Assembly: GCF_006345805.1 (NCBI RefSeq)
Contig: NC_043002.1
Coordinates: forward strand, 69,130,001 to 69,194,000
Length of the DNA: 64,000 nt
Direction: 5' to 3'
Origin: Octopus sinensis
Taxonomy: Eukaryota
This document shows, in pieces, positions 36,948 through 51,375 of the stretch. Within the stretch, counting starts at the first letter, position 1; every line of letters begins with the position of its first letter. A program made the translations under genes and the position numbers. A model generated the notes under the pieces. The model was not told where the DNA came from, did not search any database, and worked only from the letters and a program-made list of their open reading frames with translations.

Positions 36948-39749
36948 GTAAGCAGTAGCTGTTGAACAAAATTTCTTCATCTTTATGTGATGCTCATTGT
37001 TTGTTAATGTGTCTTTTCAAATGACTGCTTGTTTAATTATTTTATAATCATTTAACTTTGCATGGTTGTTTTGATGTTGCCAGCTTTTTTATTTTCAATT
37101 AAAAATAGTGCTCTTGTTTGGTTGTTTGCAGAACATATGCACACACATACAGATCATTTTATGTCAATCTTATGTTTTGTATAGACATTGTTATGTTAAA
37201 TCCACTAGTTATGCTAAGTTTATGATTCTCTCTGATTTCTACATGTGTTGAAGAACTTCAGTTGCTCTAGGGTGGTGGAGTCAGTATGTAGAAAAATTTC
37301 ATTAGATCCTCTATACTTTCTAAATTGAGTACCTTGTATTTCTGAGTTCAAATCCTGCTGGGGCTCAATTTTGCCTGTTATCTTACTAGAGTAGAAAGTC
37401 AGATAAAATGAGTACTAGTAATATATGTGGGGATCAAGTCATGCTGCATATATCTTGTGTAAAATATGTCATATTCTAGATTGTTGGCTACATTTTAAAA
37501 TTTCCAATTCAGTTTATTTGAAATTGGTAATGGTTAAGTGTTTTTTCCCTCCCAACCACCTCTGATCATTACGTTATTAAATTTGCAGCAAATTAAGAAT
37601 GGATATATATATATATATATATTGTATGTTTCATAAACATTCTCTGTGTGAATTTGCCTTACCTTTCATTGTGATGGAACATGATAATAAATTATTGAAT
37701 TTAGTTGAAGTTATATCAATTTCTTTTTCTTTTTTCAGGTTTAGTTTATTTGATTTGTTGGGCATTTTAATTGTTCTGTGTTTATCATCCTTGTACAATG
37801 ATGTCTAAATAAATTATAAATATGTCTAGTTTGGATGTTAATGTTTTCTAACATGATTATTCTGTAGCTGATTCTTTTAACATTTATGCATTTCATAATG
37901 GTTTATTGCTGATAATTCACCAGATTAACATATTTGCTCTTTCCTAATGAAGTTTAAATGGATTTAACAACTTTATTTTACTTTTTGAAATTAGAAATTT
38001 TATACTGGATTTGAATGAACCAGAGCCATTACCATCAATTGTGGAGAGATTCTATTGTCTCTAATGTAAACCATCTGGTGTTTTTATGTGCAGATGTTTT
38101 TGGACTGATCAGGTGTTTTTATGTACCTGATCAGTCCAAAGTCAATCAATATTTATAATGATGGGCATTAAATTTGGTAATATTTAAAAACTTATTTTTA
38201 GTAACAGCTTAAAATATTTCTAATACCCATATTTACATGTGCACATACAAACCTGATTCTAGAAATCTTTAGAATTGCTTTTTAAAAATCTATTTTAAAG
38301 CAGTTTTAAAACTGCATTGTTAATATTTTGTTTCTCTTTAGAATATGAATATGTATGTGAGTGTGTGTATGCATGTATATATGTGTTTGTGTATCTGTAT
38401 ATAAAAATGTGAAATAGCTGTTATTTTGTTCCTATTTAGATTGTGCAAAACAAAACCACGAAACAGATATATTATTATTTTCCACCTTACAGCTTTCAGG
38501 GAATATTTTTATAACATTTGAAATATAGCTGCCAAATGTGTCTTTAAGCCACACTCTACTATGTTCAAGGACAGGAGATGGAGAAAAACAGAAAGTTAAA
38601 AGGGAGTGGTAGGAGTAAAAAGCATAAAAGTTAGAAAAGAGTTGTTGCATCAGTAACAGAAAAATTAGAAAATACATTTGTGCGGCATAAAGCTCTGTTT
38701 TTCTGCATTCTTCAGTCTCTCTTTAATATTTCTTTCTCCTTTTCTTGGTCTTTCTTTAGAATAGTAAAATAGATTCAGAGAAAGTGAGATAAAGGAAAAG
38801 AGGGGAATACTGGTGAATCATTAACATAAGCACTTTGTTGCAAAATTCTTCTTGAATGAACTCCCCAAACTCTACAGGCTAGAATAATGTTGATTATGCA
38901 CACTCTTTTAAGTGGCTGGTGAACAAGCAGAAACAAGGTCGGGTCAAAAGGTCTTGTCAAGGATATGACAGCCTCTCTGGGGCTGGTGCCACAATAACAT
39001 GTACCCAGTACACTCTTTACAGTGGTTGTTGTTAAGAAGGATATCGTGTTGCAGACAGCAAACCTAAAATGAAACCAGTGCAATACATGGTCCCCTGATC
39101 CATCTAAAAATGCAATGGTTCTGAATAAGAACTGACTTAAATCTTAATGACCCATTTACTGCATTCTAGCATGGTTGGCATTAGGAAGAACATCCAGCCA
39201 TAGAAACCATGCAAATACAGACTCTGGATCATGAAGTAGTTCTTGGATCCATCGGACCCTGTCAAACTGTCCAACCCATGCCAGCATGGAATATGGGTGT
39301 TAACTGTTGAGGATGATAATGATGATATATATGCACATTTTTATATGTACATGTATGCCTGTATATGTATTTATGTGTGTGTTACTATTTCATTTCTGAA
39401 AGCAACAGCTTCAAATGAATGCACTCTACTGTACCTCCAATCACACACACACACACGCACACACTTATACAAATATATGCATTAATATTTATATATATAT
39501 ATTTATGTGTGTGTACGTATGTATGTATATATGTATGTATATATGCATGTATATCATCATCATCATTTAACGTCCATGTTCCATGCTAACATGGGTAGGA
39601 CGGTACCACAAAAGCTGGCCAGGCTGAAGCCTGCACCAGACTTTTGTGACTGTTTTGGCAGGATTTTTACAGCTGGATGCTCTTCCTAATACCATATATA
39701 TTATTTGGTCATGCTGGAGCACTGCCTTTCAGTGTGTTTGATTTTCTTT

Positions 39750-40494
39750 TCTGTACTATTTTTGGTGATGTAGTGAGTTGGACAGAGTTGCTATTCTTTG
39801 TACCAGTTGCTGTGATGTGGATATCTCAGATAAAAATTTGTCCAGACACTCTTTGTCGACTTCACCATCTACATCACTTAAATCCCTGAGGTTGTTTGGT
39901 AGAATGTTGAACAGTTGTGGACCCTTGAAACCCAGGCTGTTACAGTACTGGATCCTTATTCTAAAGGAAGAAAACAGGTTTTTGGTATTATGCAGTGCTA
40001 TTGGTTTAGCTCTCAATTCCTAAGTTGAGAGCTAGATCTATATGTATCTCACTGCATGCCTTTCACACCTTCTCTCTAGGAAATAGAGATTCAATTCCTT
40101 TAGCCACTCTCAGTCACTCATTTGTTTCACCAAGTCAGTCTTCTTTGTATAGTGGCGCTGGATTGCCTCAAGTTCTGGCACCAGTTTGATATCTTCTGGT
40201 GACCACAGTTTGGAGCAGTAATCCAGATGACTGAGAATTAAAGTTCTTCATAAGAGTAACATGGTATCCTTTTTCCTGGTGTCTGAATGATCTCAGAATC
40301 ATCCAGCTACTCCTCTGCACAATGTTGCCATCTTGTGTAATATGCCCATTGAATGTGGCATCATTACTCATGTAGATTCGCAGGTCATGCACTGACTCTG
40401 ACATTGCACTACCGTCTGGTCCTGTATATTCTGATTGTAGTCTGTTTGTGGGCCAATTGTGGAGTGTTTGAAACTTCTCAACACTGAACTGCAT
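39750..40494 (-). mobile_element. CR1/L2-type LINE 3' fragment (RT C-terminal region), decayed
   Basis: Minus-strand peptides MQF..EKFQ.L..., VHDL.IYMSNDATF and NSLGFKGPQLFNILP..LRDL...LDKFL resemble CR1-group ORF2 ends. Confidence 0.75.
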
Positions 40495-40616
40495 GTTATT
40501 TTCATGTCCATTTGTATATATGCATATCTATATATATATCTGTATGTGTGTGTGATCATCATTTAGTATCCGTTTTTCATGATGGCATGGTTTGAATAGA
40601 GCTGGTAAGGCCAGGG

Positions 40617-40672
<56 letters not shown>

Positions 40673-40806
40673 TAAACATAGTCAGGAGGTATGAGAGGTG
40701 AATATTTATTAATTTAACCACATGACCTGTTTCATGTAGCATTAATTTCAGTATGTAGGAAATTATGTGTACATGTTTGCATTAATATGTATGCTCAGCA
40801 TTAAAC

Positions 40807-41079
40807 CATGGTTGTGGAGTTGAAACAAAAAAAAACATCGGCACTGACTCCATTACTATTGGCACCTCCGACTCCTCTTTATATAATTAAGTGATTGTGG
40901 CCTGCATATCTCATAAGGCACATGCATACGCTTGTACTTTGAATAGGCCTATATGTTATAACTGGTTTATATTAAAGAATAAAGACATTGTGAGTCAGAG
41001 TTGGCATAGTTTTACTGACTCCCAACTTCAACTACTCCTTAATTGTTTCTGACTCTGAGACTCCGACTCCACAGCCCTA
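40807..41079. mobile_element. hAT-type MITE
   Basis: Perfect 8-bp TSD CATTAAAC (40799-40806 and 41080-41087); TIR catggttgtggagt / gactccacagcccta; subterminal GACTCC repeats. Confidence 0.85.
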
Positions 41080-41195
41080 CATTAAACAATAAATTATATA
41101 TTCACAAATCAGTGTAAATAAAGCTAGTTCAGATCACTGCAACATCATCATTACATCAGCAGTTCAACTCTAAATGTCTATACAAAATTCACTCT

Positions 41196-41228
<33 letters not shown>

Positions 41229-41234
41229 TATATA

Positions 41235-41266
<32 letters not shown>

Positions 41267-41906
41267 CACACACACACACACACACACAGTGTGTTTAATG
41301 CCAGAACTAGACAATAATTACATCAATTTGGTCAGTAATATTTAAACATAACAGTAAAGACATATTGTGTTGCTATTATTCTAGAAAAAATTTTCTTTTC
41401 ATAACAGCCTTGTGCCACTTAAGTTAAAGTGCTTGATAGAAATTAAGTAATTAACCATCCTTAATTTAAGCAAAATAATAAGAGATAAAATAATATAATG
41501 TAGAAATAAATAAAAATAGAAAATGCAAATAAATAGAAAAGGATTTTTTTTTACCAAAGTAGTTACATGGATATGTAAGTAGGGGACAAGCTAACTAGTG
41601 ATTTAAAGATTCTATGGAATTCATGGATGAATGCATAAACAGGAAAGTTTAACTAATAGGAAGGAATTGTGTTGTACAACAATAAACGTCTATAGGAAGT
41701 CAACAAGGTCACAAAGTACATGAAAGAAAACATTTGAACTTTCAAGAATTTTACTCATACATCAACCACACCTCAATATAATTTTCAGCATATTAGTCTC
41801 AAATAAACAAAGTACATACATAGAAACATATCTACAGAAGCATTTGTACTAAATATAAATATACACACACATGTAAACACTCACAACCATATATATATAT
41901 AAGTAA

Positions 41907-42283
41907 GGTGCAGGAGTGGCTGTGTGGTAAGTAGCTTGCTTACCAACCACATGGTTCTGGGTTCACCTTGGGCAAGTGTCTTCTACTATAGTCTCGGCTG
42001 ATCAAAGCCTTGTGAGTGGATTTGGTAGGTGTAAACTGAAAGAAGCCCGTTGTATATATGTATATATATGTGTGTGTCTGTGTTTGTCCCCCTAACATTG
42101 CTTGACAGCTGATGGTGGTGTGTTTACATTCCCATAACTTGGTGGTTCGGCAAAAGAGACCGATAGAATAAGTACTAGGCTTCTGAAGAATAAGTCCTGG
42201 GGTCGATTTGCTCGACTAAAAGGTGGTGCTCCAGCATGGCTGCAATCAAATGACTGAAACAAATAGAAGAGTAAAAGAGTAAA
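41907..42283 (+). mobile_element. tRNA-derived SINE (family B), near full length
   Basis: Head ggtgcaggagtggctgtgtggtaag, core ccttgggcaagtgtcttctactatag, internal (TA)/(TG) tract, gagtaaaa tail repeats. Confidence 0.85.
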
Positions 42284-42601
42284 TATATATAAAGAAAACA
42301 AAAAAGTAACAGGTGACAACAAAACGTCCGGACTGTTAGACAATACAAAAAAGGATAGGAAAAAACAAGGACGGGTCATTTGGAGCTTCCTATCCTCAGT
42401 CGAGTTTCTGATTGTCTTTGAAGTTTTGTCCGGTTATACTTGAGACTGCTCCAATCTGACCGGCCCCGAGAAAATCTGAGCTAAGAGCACTAGACTCTTT
42501 GGAAGAAAGCAAGCGAATGTATATGAAAATAAGGATGAAAAGAAACAGAGAAATGGTACACAGTTACAAATACAAACAACAGGACATTAACGTGTGTGCG
42601 C

Positions 42602-42648
<47 letters not shown>

Positions 42649-43985
42649 ATATATATACATACATACATACATATATATATAACAAACTAGCTAGTTGAGA
42701 TAATCTCTATGAAATATACTGATAAGTAGTGTCTAATGCCACCTAAATACGGCTGTTCCCTGGACACCTCTTCCAGCTGGTTAACTAGTGCACTCTGCAC
42801 TCGATATGTGTTGCAAGGTTTGACAGGAGCTGGCAAGCCAGAGGACTGCACCAAGCTCCACTCTCTTTTGGCATGGTTTTTACAGTTGGTGTTTCCCTAA
42901 CACCAACCATTTTACAGTGTGCATCTCTCTCTTTATATATATATTTATCTATCTATCTCCCCCCTCTCTCTCTCTATCTATCTATACACACACACACACA
43001 CACACAGATGTATATGTCTTTCTATATAAATGTGTGTGTACTTTTATGTGTGGCTCTATTTGTTCTGACTTTGTGTTCTGAGGTCATTTTTGCTTTTGAG
43101 GGTTAAAAAATAATAATACCAGTCTTAAATAGTAGATTGGCAGAATTGTCACTTTAAATTACACTCTGTCCTACCCCTAAATGATGACCTTTCTATAAGG
43201 AGTTATAACTGACAGATAGTACCAGCAATGTGAAAAACCAATGGGAGTACTGCTTCAATTGTTTGATTGGATTGGAAAATCAATCAACTGCCACCATGTG
43301 TGTGTGTGTTTTAACACCATTTTGCATCTGCTTTTCCATCCTTGTATGAGTTGGACAAGTTTTGTTTTCACTGTACTATAGTTTCTATTTTTGTCTCATT
43401 TGTACTCTAAGTGCATACACATGTTCACATATATACATTTATAACGATATATTTATGTCTGTGTGTGTATTTTGCCACTTTTGTTTCTTTGTCATCTCCT
43501 TCTTGAGGTTCAGCATTCTTTGTCATTTCTTCTCTGGTTTTCCTCTTCAGTAGATTCCACCTGCTCATATTCCTTGGGGTCATCTGTCATCATCCCTATT
43601 TGTCACATGTCCTTACCAATGCAGACCCTTGTACTCCTCTACAGCTCCCTGCTCCCCACTTTAACTTTAGTTAATATTGCACTCCTATCACAGCATGCTC
43701 ACTTTATTTGCATTTTAATTTTCACATGTCCTTGGTATTCATCTCAAGTGCAGGTATGTTGCCCCCATGTAATGTCATGCTTTATGCAAGCAGCCCTTGT
43801 TTCAAATAGGCAATCTCATTGTTACCAGCAGAGATAATAGCTCCCTGAAATTTTACATGCCATCCTTACTCTTGTTACTGTGCTTCCAACCTGCCCCTCC
43901 AGTGTATCATCCCTTATTTTTCTAATGTCTCTGACCCAAATCATCACATTCCATTTCTCCCCTCTTTCACCTCTTTCTATTTTAA

Positions 43986-44406
43986 CCCTTTAGTATATAA
44001 ACTGGCTATATCCATCCTAAAGTGAAGTTGGCCAAAGAAAATGTGGAGGGGACAGGTGGGGGAGGAGATTGAGAGGGTTGGGTTGAGGAAGGAGGATGCC
44101 CCAAACCAGGCAAGCTGGCATGAGAGTGGTTGCTGTAAGAGTGAGGTAATCCGGCCACCCCCATTAATGGGGACAAAGAAGGATTTAAAATATTTGACAT
44201 TGATATCCAGCCCAAATATTCTACATATTTTATATTCAAACTGGCTAGATCTGGCTTCTCACATCTAGCCTACAAGGTTATTTTAAAAATATACAATCAC
44301 ATCATCAAAATTTCGAAGCTGCGAGATAATGCATGATTAATTAAAAACAGTGTAAATAAATAAGCATTATATTAGCATGCTGAAGGTTAATTTGAATGCT
44401 AATGGG
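43986..44406. mobile_element. piggyBac-type MITE, opposite orientation, with a nested ~170-bp RTE-like 3' fragment
   Basis: TTAA|CCCTT ... AATGGG|TTAA; insert flanked by the imperfect direct repeat tatccatcctaaa / tatccagcccaaa. Confidence 0.7.
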
Positions 44407-44499
44407 TTAAATCATGCCAACAACTAACACATCTTCTTCATTTACAGTTCTTCCTCCCCTACATCATATTTCCCTCTCATATCTTCCCTGCTATTTACC

Positions 44500-44600
44500 C
44501 TTTATTAACATGTGTTGTTTTCTTTCTAACACCACCACCCTCATCAGAAATAACCGCCACACTTTTTACATTAAGGAGTCTTTCTGTTGCACCTCTGTCT
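44500..44600 (+). mobile_element. Possible Penelope GIY-YIG-region remnant
   Basis: Peptide TTLIRNNRHTFYIKESFCCTS resembles the segment preceding GIY-YIG in Penelope ORFs (from memory only). Confidence 0.3.
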
Positions 44601-44853
44601 CCAAGTGCCACATCTCTCACCTCTCACTTTCAGAGTCAAGCAGAGCTTCTCTAGCTATAAGTTCACTAGCGTTCTGTCTCTTTCTCCCTCTCTGTGTGTT
44701 TGTGTGTGTGTGTTTTGGTATTTTGTCCTATACTTATCTCTTGTGTGTTTACGCATTTTTCACTCACTGGTGAGGTCCTTTTTTTTTTATTTATTCATAA
44801 TTGAATGCCACATACCCCTTGTCAACAATAAGTTTATATATATATATATATAT

Positions 44854-45168
44854 CACCGTGATCACCGTGACCGACCAGGCTATCAGATGTTGCTATACAT
44901 CGCTGGTCACAATGCGCTTTGCATTGTTTTAGCCGTCAAGTGAAGCCACCCTGCTGGCTAAGCGAGCAGGCCAACAGAAGAAAGAGTGAGAAAAAGTTGT
45001 GGCGAAAGAGTACAGCAGAGATCGCCCCCCCCCTCCCCCTGGCGGAGCCTTGTGGGGATTTAGGTGTTTTCGCTCAATAAACACCAACAAAGCCCAGTCT
45101 GAGAACCGAAACCGTGATCCTACAACCGCGAATCCGCTGCCCTAACCACTGGGCCATTGCGCCTCCAC
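44854..45168 (-). mobile_element. tRNA-derived SINE (family D), young, inserted in (TA)n
   Basis: Minus-strand head gtggaggcgcaatggcccagtggttagggcagcgg...ggtttcggttc (A and B boxes); many CpGs retained. Confidence 0.85.
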
Positions 45169-45185
45169 ATATATATATATATATA

Positions 45186-45414
45186 TTTACCGGAGTAAAC
45201 ACATAAATGTGAAACAAGGTGGAAAAAAGAGTACTCAAATACCAGTGGTAGAGTAATATGCTTTATTTTAAGCAGCAGAAAATTCAACAAAATCTGTTAC
45301 TCTGAGTTTCTCGTTGCCGTTCATCAGACAGTTTTTGCAAAAACTGTCTGATGAACGGCAACGAGAAACTCAGAGTAACAGATTTTGTTGAATTTTCTGC
45401 TGCTTAAAATAAAG
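45186..45414. mobile_element. Penelope-like terminal fragment with an inverted duplication (perfect 154-bp palindrome 45261-45414) inserted in (TA)n
   Basis: Two 77-bp arms with no spacer, centre TTTTTG|CAAAAA; the left arm has about 75 bp of extra unique extension; (TA)n on both sides. Confidence 0.7.
45344..45381 (+). ncRNA. Minimal Penelope-type hammerhead motif (mirror copy on the - strand at 45294-45331)
   Basis: CTGT-CTGATGA-ACG GCAA CGA-GAAA-CTC A GAG-TA|ACAG: 4-bp stem I, GNRA-capped stem II with an A.A closing mismatch, palindromic stem III, GUA triplet. Confidence 0.7.
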
Positions 45415-46086
45415 TATATATATATATATATATATAAAGCTAAGCACTTTATGGATGCGAGCCTGTTGGTTATTCTATGACCAGACATATATTTAACTTC
45501 ATGTAAATACCTTACTGCTCTTAACTTTTAGAGTGTGCTTCTTTTTTGGATGTGTGATCCACTGACAAGACACACACATACACACACTCTGTCCATTTAC
45601 CTAATCAGCACTCCCCATACTTTCTATGCCAGAATTCCGCTCCTATCTGCCTCTGCTCTCTCCTTCTCTTATTTGACACAATAGCTGCCTCCCACAACCC
45701 ACCCTTTCCTTCCCTACCCTCTCTGATTCACACACCTTTCTATTCATTTTGTTACTTTGACACGCAACTACACATATGCACCAACATGTGAACACTGTTT
45801 ATGTGTGTGTGTGTGTGGGGGGGGCGTTATCAATATGGTGTTAAGAGGAGCATAGTTCAGATGGATATTTGATACATTTTGGGTGAAGTGGATATGTTTA
45901 TTAGTAATTAACCCTATAGATAAGCTCACTTCTCTTCAGTGGGCCATTCTTGTAAGACTGGCCAAATTCAGTACCATCAAGGGCAGTGTACACTTATTGA
46001 CATTTTTAGTTTGCTCAATATAGCTGAGCATCATTGCTTCCACACACATTGCGTGTTTGTGGTGGATGCTGAGATGGTATGTAGAC

Positions 46087-46275
46087 TAGTGCTCCACAAC
46101 CTTTTCTCACTTGTGGTACACTTATATTCTTTTTGAAATCTGGTGGTACACCTGAACTAAAAATATAACTAAAAGTATGGGTGAGGGGAAAGTTATGTTC
46201 AAGTTACATTGTCACATACCTGGCATCATCTTCTGGTACACCAGTGCACCATGGCATACTGGTTGTGGAGCACTG
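46087..46275. mobile_element. hAT-like MITE
   Basis: 15-bp TIR tagtgctccacaacc / ggttgtggagcactg; TSD degenerate. Confidence 0.65.
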
Positions 46276-46689
46276 GTGCACACAGTGCTAAGCAGGTGGT
46301 TGGTTTTGGTTAAAATATGTTGTTGAGTTTCTAACCTGTACTATTATGGTATGTATATGTGTGTGCATGTATAGGTGTTCTTGGCATGATTGCAATCTTA
46401 AATCACACACATACACTATATTCATACAATGTGCATGTTTTGTGTGGATATATATAAGAATATTTGGGTGTTTAGTCATGTCACTGCATATGTGTGTAGG
46501 TGTGTGTAATTTATTAGGTGGTAAAATTTTTTTGTTTAGGCTGAGTGTGTATGTATGTATGTGTTATTAGGTATGTGTAGCTGTGTGCATGTATGTAGTA
46601 TATAATTAATGAGAGAGGTTAGTGTGTGTATGTGTATATTTAGTTTTTTGCTTTGTGGAGATAATGAGTTTATGATGTAAGTTTGGTAG

Positions 46690-47100
46690 TATCATCATCA
46701 ACATAATTTGGCATCCATTCTCCATGCTTGCATGAGTTGGACGGGACTGCACCAAATTCCAATTTGATTTGGCAGTGTTTCTACAGCTGAATGCCCTTCC
46801 TAATGTCAACCACTCCAAGAGTGTAATGGGTGCTTTTATATGTCAGTTGCATGGCACCAATATCTTCCACGACTAGATTTCACTTGGCTTGATAGATCTT
46901 CCTTCTCAAGCACAGCATATTGCCAAAAGTCTTGGCCATTTGTCCATGCCTCTGTGAGGCCCTGCACTCAAAAGGTACTTTTTATGTACCACCAGCATGG
47001 TTGCTAGTTTCACGATACCAGCATTGGTCACATTGCTTCTGCGAGGCTCAATGCTCAAAAGGTGGGTTTTATGTTTCACGGGTTTATATGTCAAGTGGTA
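46690..47100 (-). mobile_element. RTE-type LINE 3' UTR fragment, older
   Basis: catcatc tail, then ccatgcttgcatgagttggacgg and gtttctacagctgaatgcccttcctaatg motifs shared with the other copies. Confidence 0.7.
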
Positions 47101-47204
47101 TGTGAGTGTGTAAGTGGTTATTTCTATGAGATGTCCTGTTCAGTTATATTCTAGTAAACTTAGAAAGAAGAAGGTTAAAGATGATGTTTTTGTTATCACA
47201 CAAT

Positions 47205-47400
47205 TCAGGCTATTGGTCATTAAACGAGGATGTTAGGACAAAATGCTTAGCAGCATTTCGTTTGTCTTCATGTTCTGAATTCAAATTCCACTGAGGTCGA
47301 CTTTGCTTTTCATCCTTTTGAAGTCTTGGGGTTGATGTAATTGACTTACTCTCTCCTCCCAAATTACTGGCCTTATGCCAAAACTTGAAGTCAGAATATG
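47205..47400 (+). mobile_element. SINE family C copy (others at about 19190-19410, 35690-35800, 37260-37420 and 61795-61975)
   Basis: aaatgcttagcagcatttcg...ttcaaattccactgaggtcgactttgcttttcatcctttt motif. Confidence 0.7.
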
Positions 47401-47409
47401 TGTATGAAG

Positions 47410-47448
<39 letters not shown>

Positions 47449-50400
47449 ACTTTTAGATGTTGGCTTGTGTGTGCACACATGTATGTATGTGCATGTGAAT
47501 GTATGTTTATGTGTATTTGTGGATTATGTACTAGAGGCCAGAGTGTTTATTGTGTTTAAGGTTTAGTATAATGATGAAGATGTGTTCATTTATTTTTGGA
47601 GGTATATCTTATGTTGGCATGCGTGTAGATATGTCTGATGTTGAAAGGGGTTTGTTTATATGTATGTTTATGTGTGAGAGTTTTATTCAGGTTAGTTTGG
47701 TTTATATGACGTGTACACTGTATACCTTCAAATTATCTGTCTCTGATGGCTTAACTACTATAAGTAGAGTTACTGAAACTGACTGAGGTCACATGTTTGT
47801 TCATGTACACGTGTGTATGTATGTGTGCACATACACTCCCCCTTATGTGTTTGGGTTTCTCTCTTACCATTGGACAACTGTTGTTGGTTTGTTTATGTCT
47901 TGTAAAAAGATGGCAATACAATTAGTGTAGGCATACATATGATATTGTTTTGTATCTGAAGAGCAACTATGAGATAATTCTATAAAATGATTAATAGTGT
48001 ATCCTGCAAATTATATTATCTCTAATAAATTCTACCAAACTAGCATTGAGTGCTCTCATCTCTTACATATGATCATTACACTTACCATTTGTGTGTCCGT
48101 GTGTGCGTGCATGTGCCAATGTGTGTAAATTAAGTTTTGTTTCTTTGTTGAGAGACCTTGTACATACATGTGTATAACACTTGTATATCTCATTTGACAC
48201 ATGCAAACATGGAAAAGTAGGCATTAGAATAATGACAACAACGGTGATGGTGGTGGTGGTGGTGATACACATTGTATGAACATCCGGGTGTGTAATATAC
48301 TCACTGTGTGTAAGTGTGTTTAATGACATATGCATGTACCTGTGTGTGTGTAACCACAGCAACAGCATTCTTTTTTCTCCAAGCAAGGAAAACAGGAAGA
48401 AATATCCAATCTTCGTTGTCATAGACCTTTAGCCACCCCTTGAACACAGGATTTATTCAGCCACAAGGAAACAAGAGCTCCTGTGTTTGTAGTGTGTGTG
48501 TGTGTATGTTTATATTATTATATGTCTCATAAATGGAATGGGATATGTGAAATGTTTCCATTTAGTCAGTATGTTGGTTACTGTACACATCAGCATATTG
48601 AGAAGAAGCAACTATTCTTTTAAATTTCAATAGCTGCCTTTTCGAATATTCATCATTTACTATTCATAATGCATTATGAAGGTATGTTCTAACTTCTGAC
48701 TGAAGTAAATTCTTTCTTTTGTGTATAGCAACAGTAGCTTGGTAAGATACATTCTTAAATTCTGATGCTCTGTTGATGATGTAATAATAGTAATTTCTCC
48801 TATATCTGTTGATCCCTGAATATATTCTGAAAGTCTCTAGTGTTTTCTGTCTTCATTGAACAGAATATCCTCTTATGCGTGAGCTGACTATTATCATGAA
48901 GTATTCTTTGTATTTATCAATTAGTGTAAAACTCTATATTTTTGCTATTACACATGAATTCTTTTGCTTACAGTAATTTTACATTCACAGTTCAAATATT
49001 TTGCATGCAGCTTTTATTTACATTTATATTGTTACTGAACAGTTGACAAAATTTTCAGTTGTTTTGGAAATATTTTCTGACCTGAGAGAAAATGTTTTGC
49101 ACCATTAACATTTATATAATGATATATATGATGGATTATAACTTAATGCATGCCTCTTAATGGTATTTCTGGGTCAGTTGCTAGTTATTGTTGGGAATTC
49201 TTTAATTCCTTCCTGATATTGGTTAAGGCTCATAGTTCTCTGTTGTCAGTTGCATGGTAAATGTAACTTTGTCAAGGAACAATATACTCGTACTTCTTGC
49301 TGAAAGTTATTGTTATGTTTGTTGTTTGGTCAGTAATTACATTGTATATGGCTAAAGGATGGAATGACGTTATGTTTCTTAATGATTTTGTATTGTTTCA
49401 AGTTTGGTTTAAGCATATGGAAATTTATCATTCTATAGTTTATGTTGACTGTCAATACATAGCCCAAATTCTATCAATATAATTATTTTTGTTTCCTGAT
49501 GACATCAAACTGTTTAGGCTATAAGAAAGTTATAAGCCCATCATCTCTGTATAGGCCCACATTGTTTTTTGCTTCATTGAGCAAGACTAGGCCTACAGGT
49601 TTAGGTTTTTCTTTAGCACAACTGCTTAGTTGTTAGGCAAGAGTCTCTACAATAACCTTGGCTTGACTAGAACTTTGTTAGTGAACTTGGGAAGATGGAA
49701 ATGTTGAGGAAGTTAACCAGATAGACTGTAGATTATGATAGCTTATGATTTTGATTCTCTTGAAGATTGTTAAGGTTACATGTGTCTGTGGAATATTTGG
49801 TCAATAATTACAATAATTATGTAGCTAAACTGATCAAACAAGAATACTTATAAATGAAGCTGACACAAGATCCATTCACATTTATTTACTCTGTGTGTGT
49901 GTACATATGCAATTGTATATATATGTGTGTGTATACATGTACACACATCAATATGTGTATGTCTGTATATAAATATAATTATACAACACTTACACAAATG
50001 AGCACTGTACACAATTATTATTATTATTATTAATTATTTTCATTAAGTTGCAGTTTGTACTTGCTTGCATGTTTTTTTTATGTTGTAAATCTATGTTTAA
50101 CTTTTACTTATTTTTCATTATTTCATCATACTGTTTATCTTATCTTTTAACCGAGTCAACTGTATAATGTATGTATCTCTTTGAACTGTTTCTATTTCAG
50201 GGATTTTAGCTTTTTCAACCATTCTTTAAAATTACCTAGATCTAACCAACTATGTAAAAGAATCATTAGGAGCTTGACTTGTATTTATGGTTATAGGTAG
50301 GATGGCAGAAGTATTTTTAGTACTGACCCACCACTGTGAGTAGCTGTGAAATGGCCATGATGGTTAAAACAGGAGTTTGTGTTTATTCAATTATCTTTTT

Positions 50401-51375
50401 TTGAAATGGTACTGTATTTGGTGAAGTGTTAATTTTCACAATGAACCATATGAATTCAAATTAAAAATTGTGTGAAAGTTGATTTTGGTCTTTCTCCCTT
50501 TTTCAGAAATAGTTATAGAAGTTGTACCAATCTTTCTCTCTCTCCCCATATGATTCTGCCTTGAGTTTGTCCAACCATGACATGACAGATGTGTCTAGGC
50601 TTAGCTCCTAATCCATATGCAGTCCTGTTGCTAGTGTTTCTATGTAATATTGCTTCTCCTGAAGTTTACATCTCTCCTCTTTATACAACCATTCAATGAA
50701 AGAGTGTATGGTTGTAAGATCCCCATATTGTTTATGATTGACCTACAGTAACCAAGGTTGAAAACACTATATTAATTTAAGGGTTATGGTTTTGTCACCT
50801 TGATGCATTGATATAACATACTTGGTTGGAAAAACTAGTTTCCCAAAGTTTTTCACAGGAAATCAAACAAGGAAGTATTAAGTAAATACAAATATAGAAA
50901 TCATTTTAATAACTCTCTTCCTCCCTTGTTCCTTTCCCTATGCATGAGTGTTTATCACTATTGAAATAAAGCAGCTGTTTTGTGACTGTAGCGACCCTGC
51001 ATAACAAACAGCATATTACTTGCTTTCATCAAAAACATAGGTTGTCACATATCCCTGATTTATATGAGTGATTGATTTGTCTTAAGAAAAGTATCCAGCT
51101 ACAAAAAAAAAAACCCAGTTTATATATGTAATCAAATGAAGGTCCCTGTATACGGTGGTTTGCATGGTAGAAATAGCAGTTAGGTTTCTTTTAAATCAAC
51201 ATCTTAAAAAATGGATTCATTGGTTGCAGATAACAAAGAAATTATTACTATTACAGTCAATAAAGTATCTGAGTTTAGGAATAGTTCTAAGAATTGCAAC
51301 TCCTACTGGAATCGTGCTTAAAAGAAACAAATTTATTTTATCTAGAAGTTAGAATGTACCCTCTTAATGTTTTAA

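Noticed and set aside
42375-42420. Minus-strand CTGAGGA...CTCCAAATGACC, a possible decayed hammerhead in a Penelope-like tail (similar hint at about 40672-40752)
   Set aside because: The GAAA core and stems are not intact; too degenerate to call.
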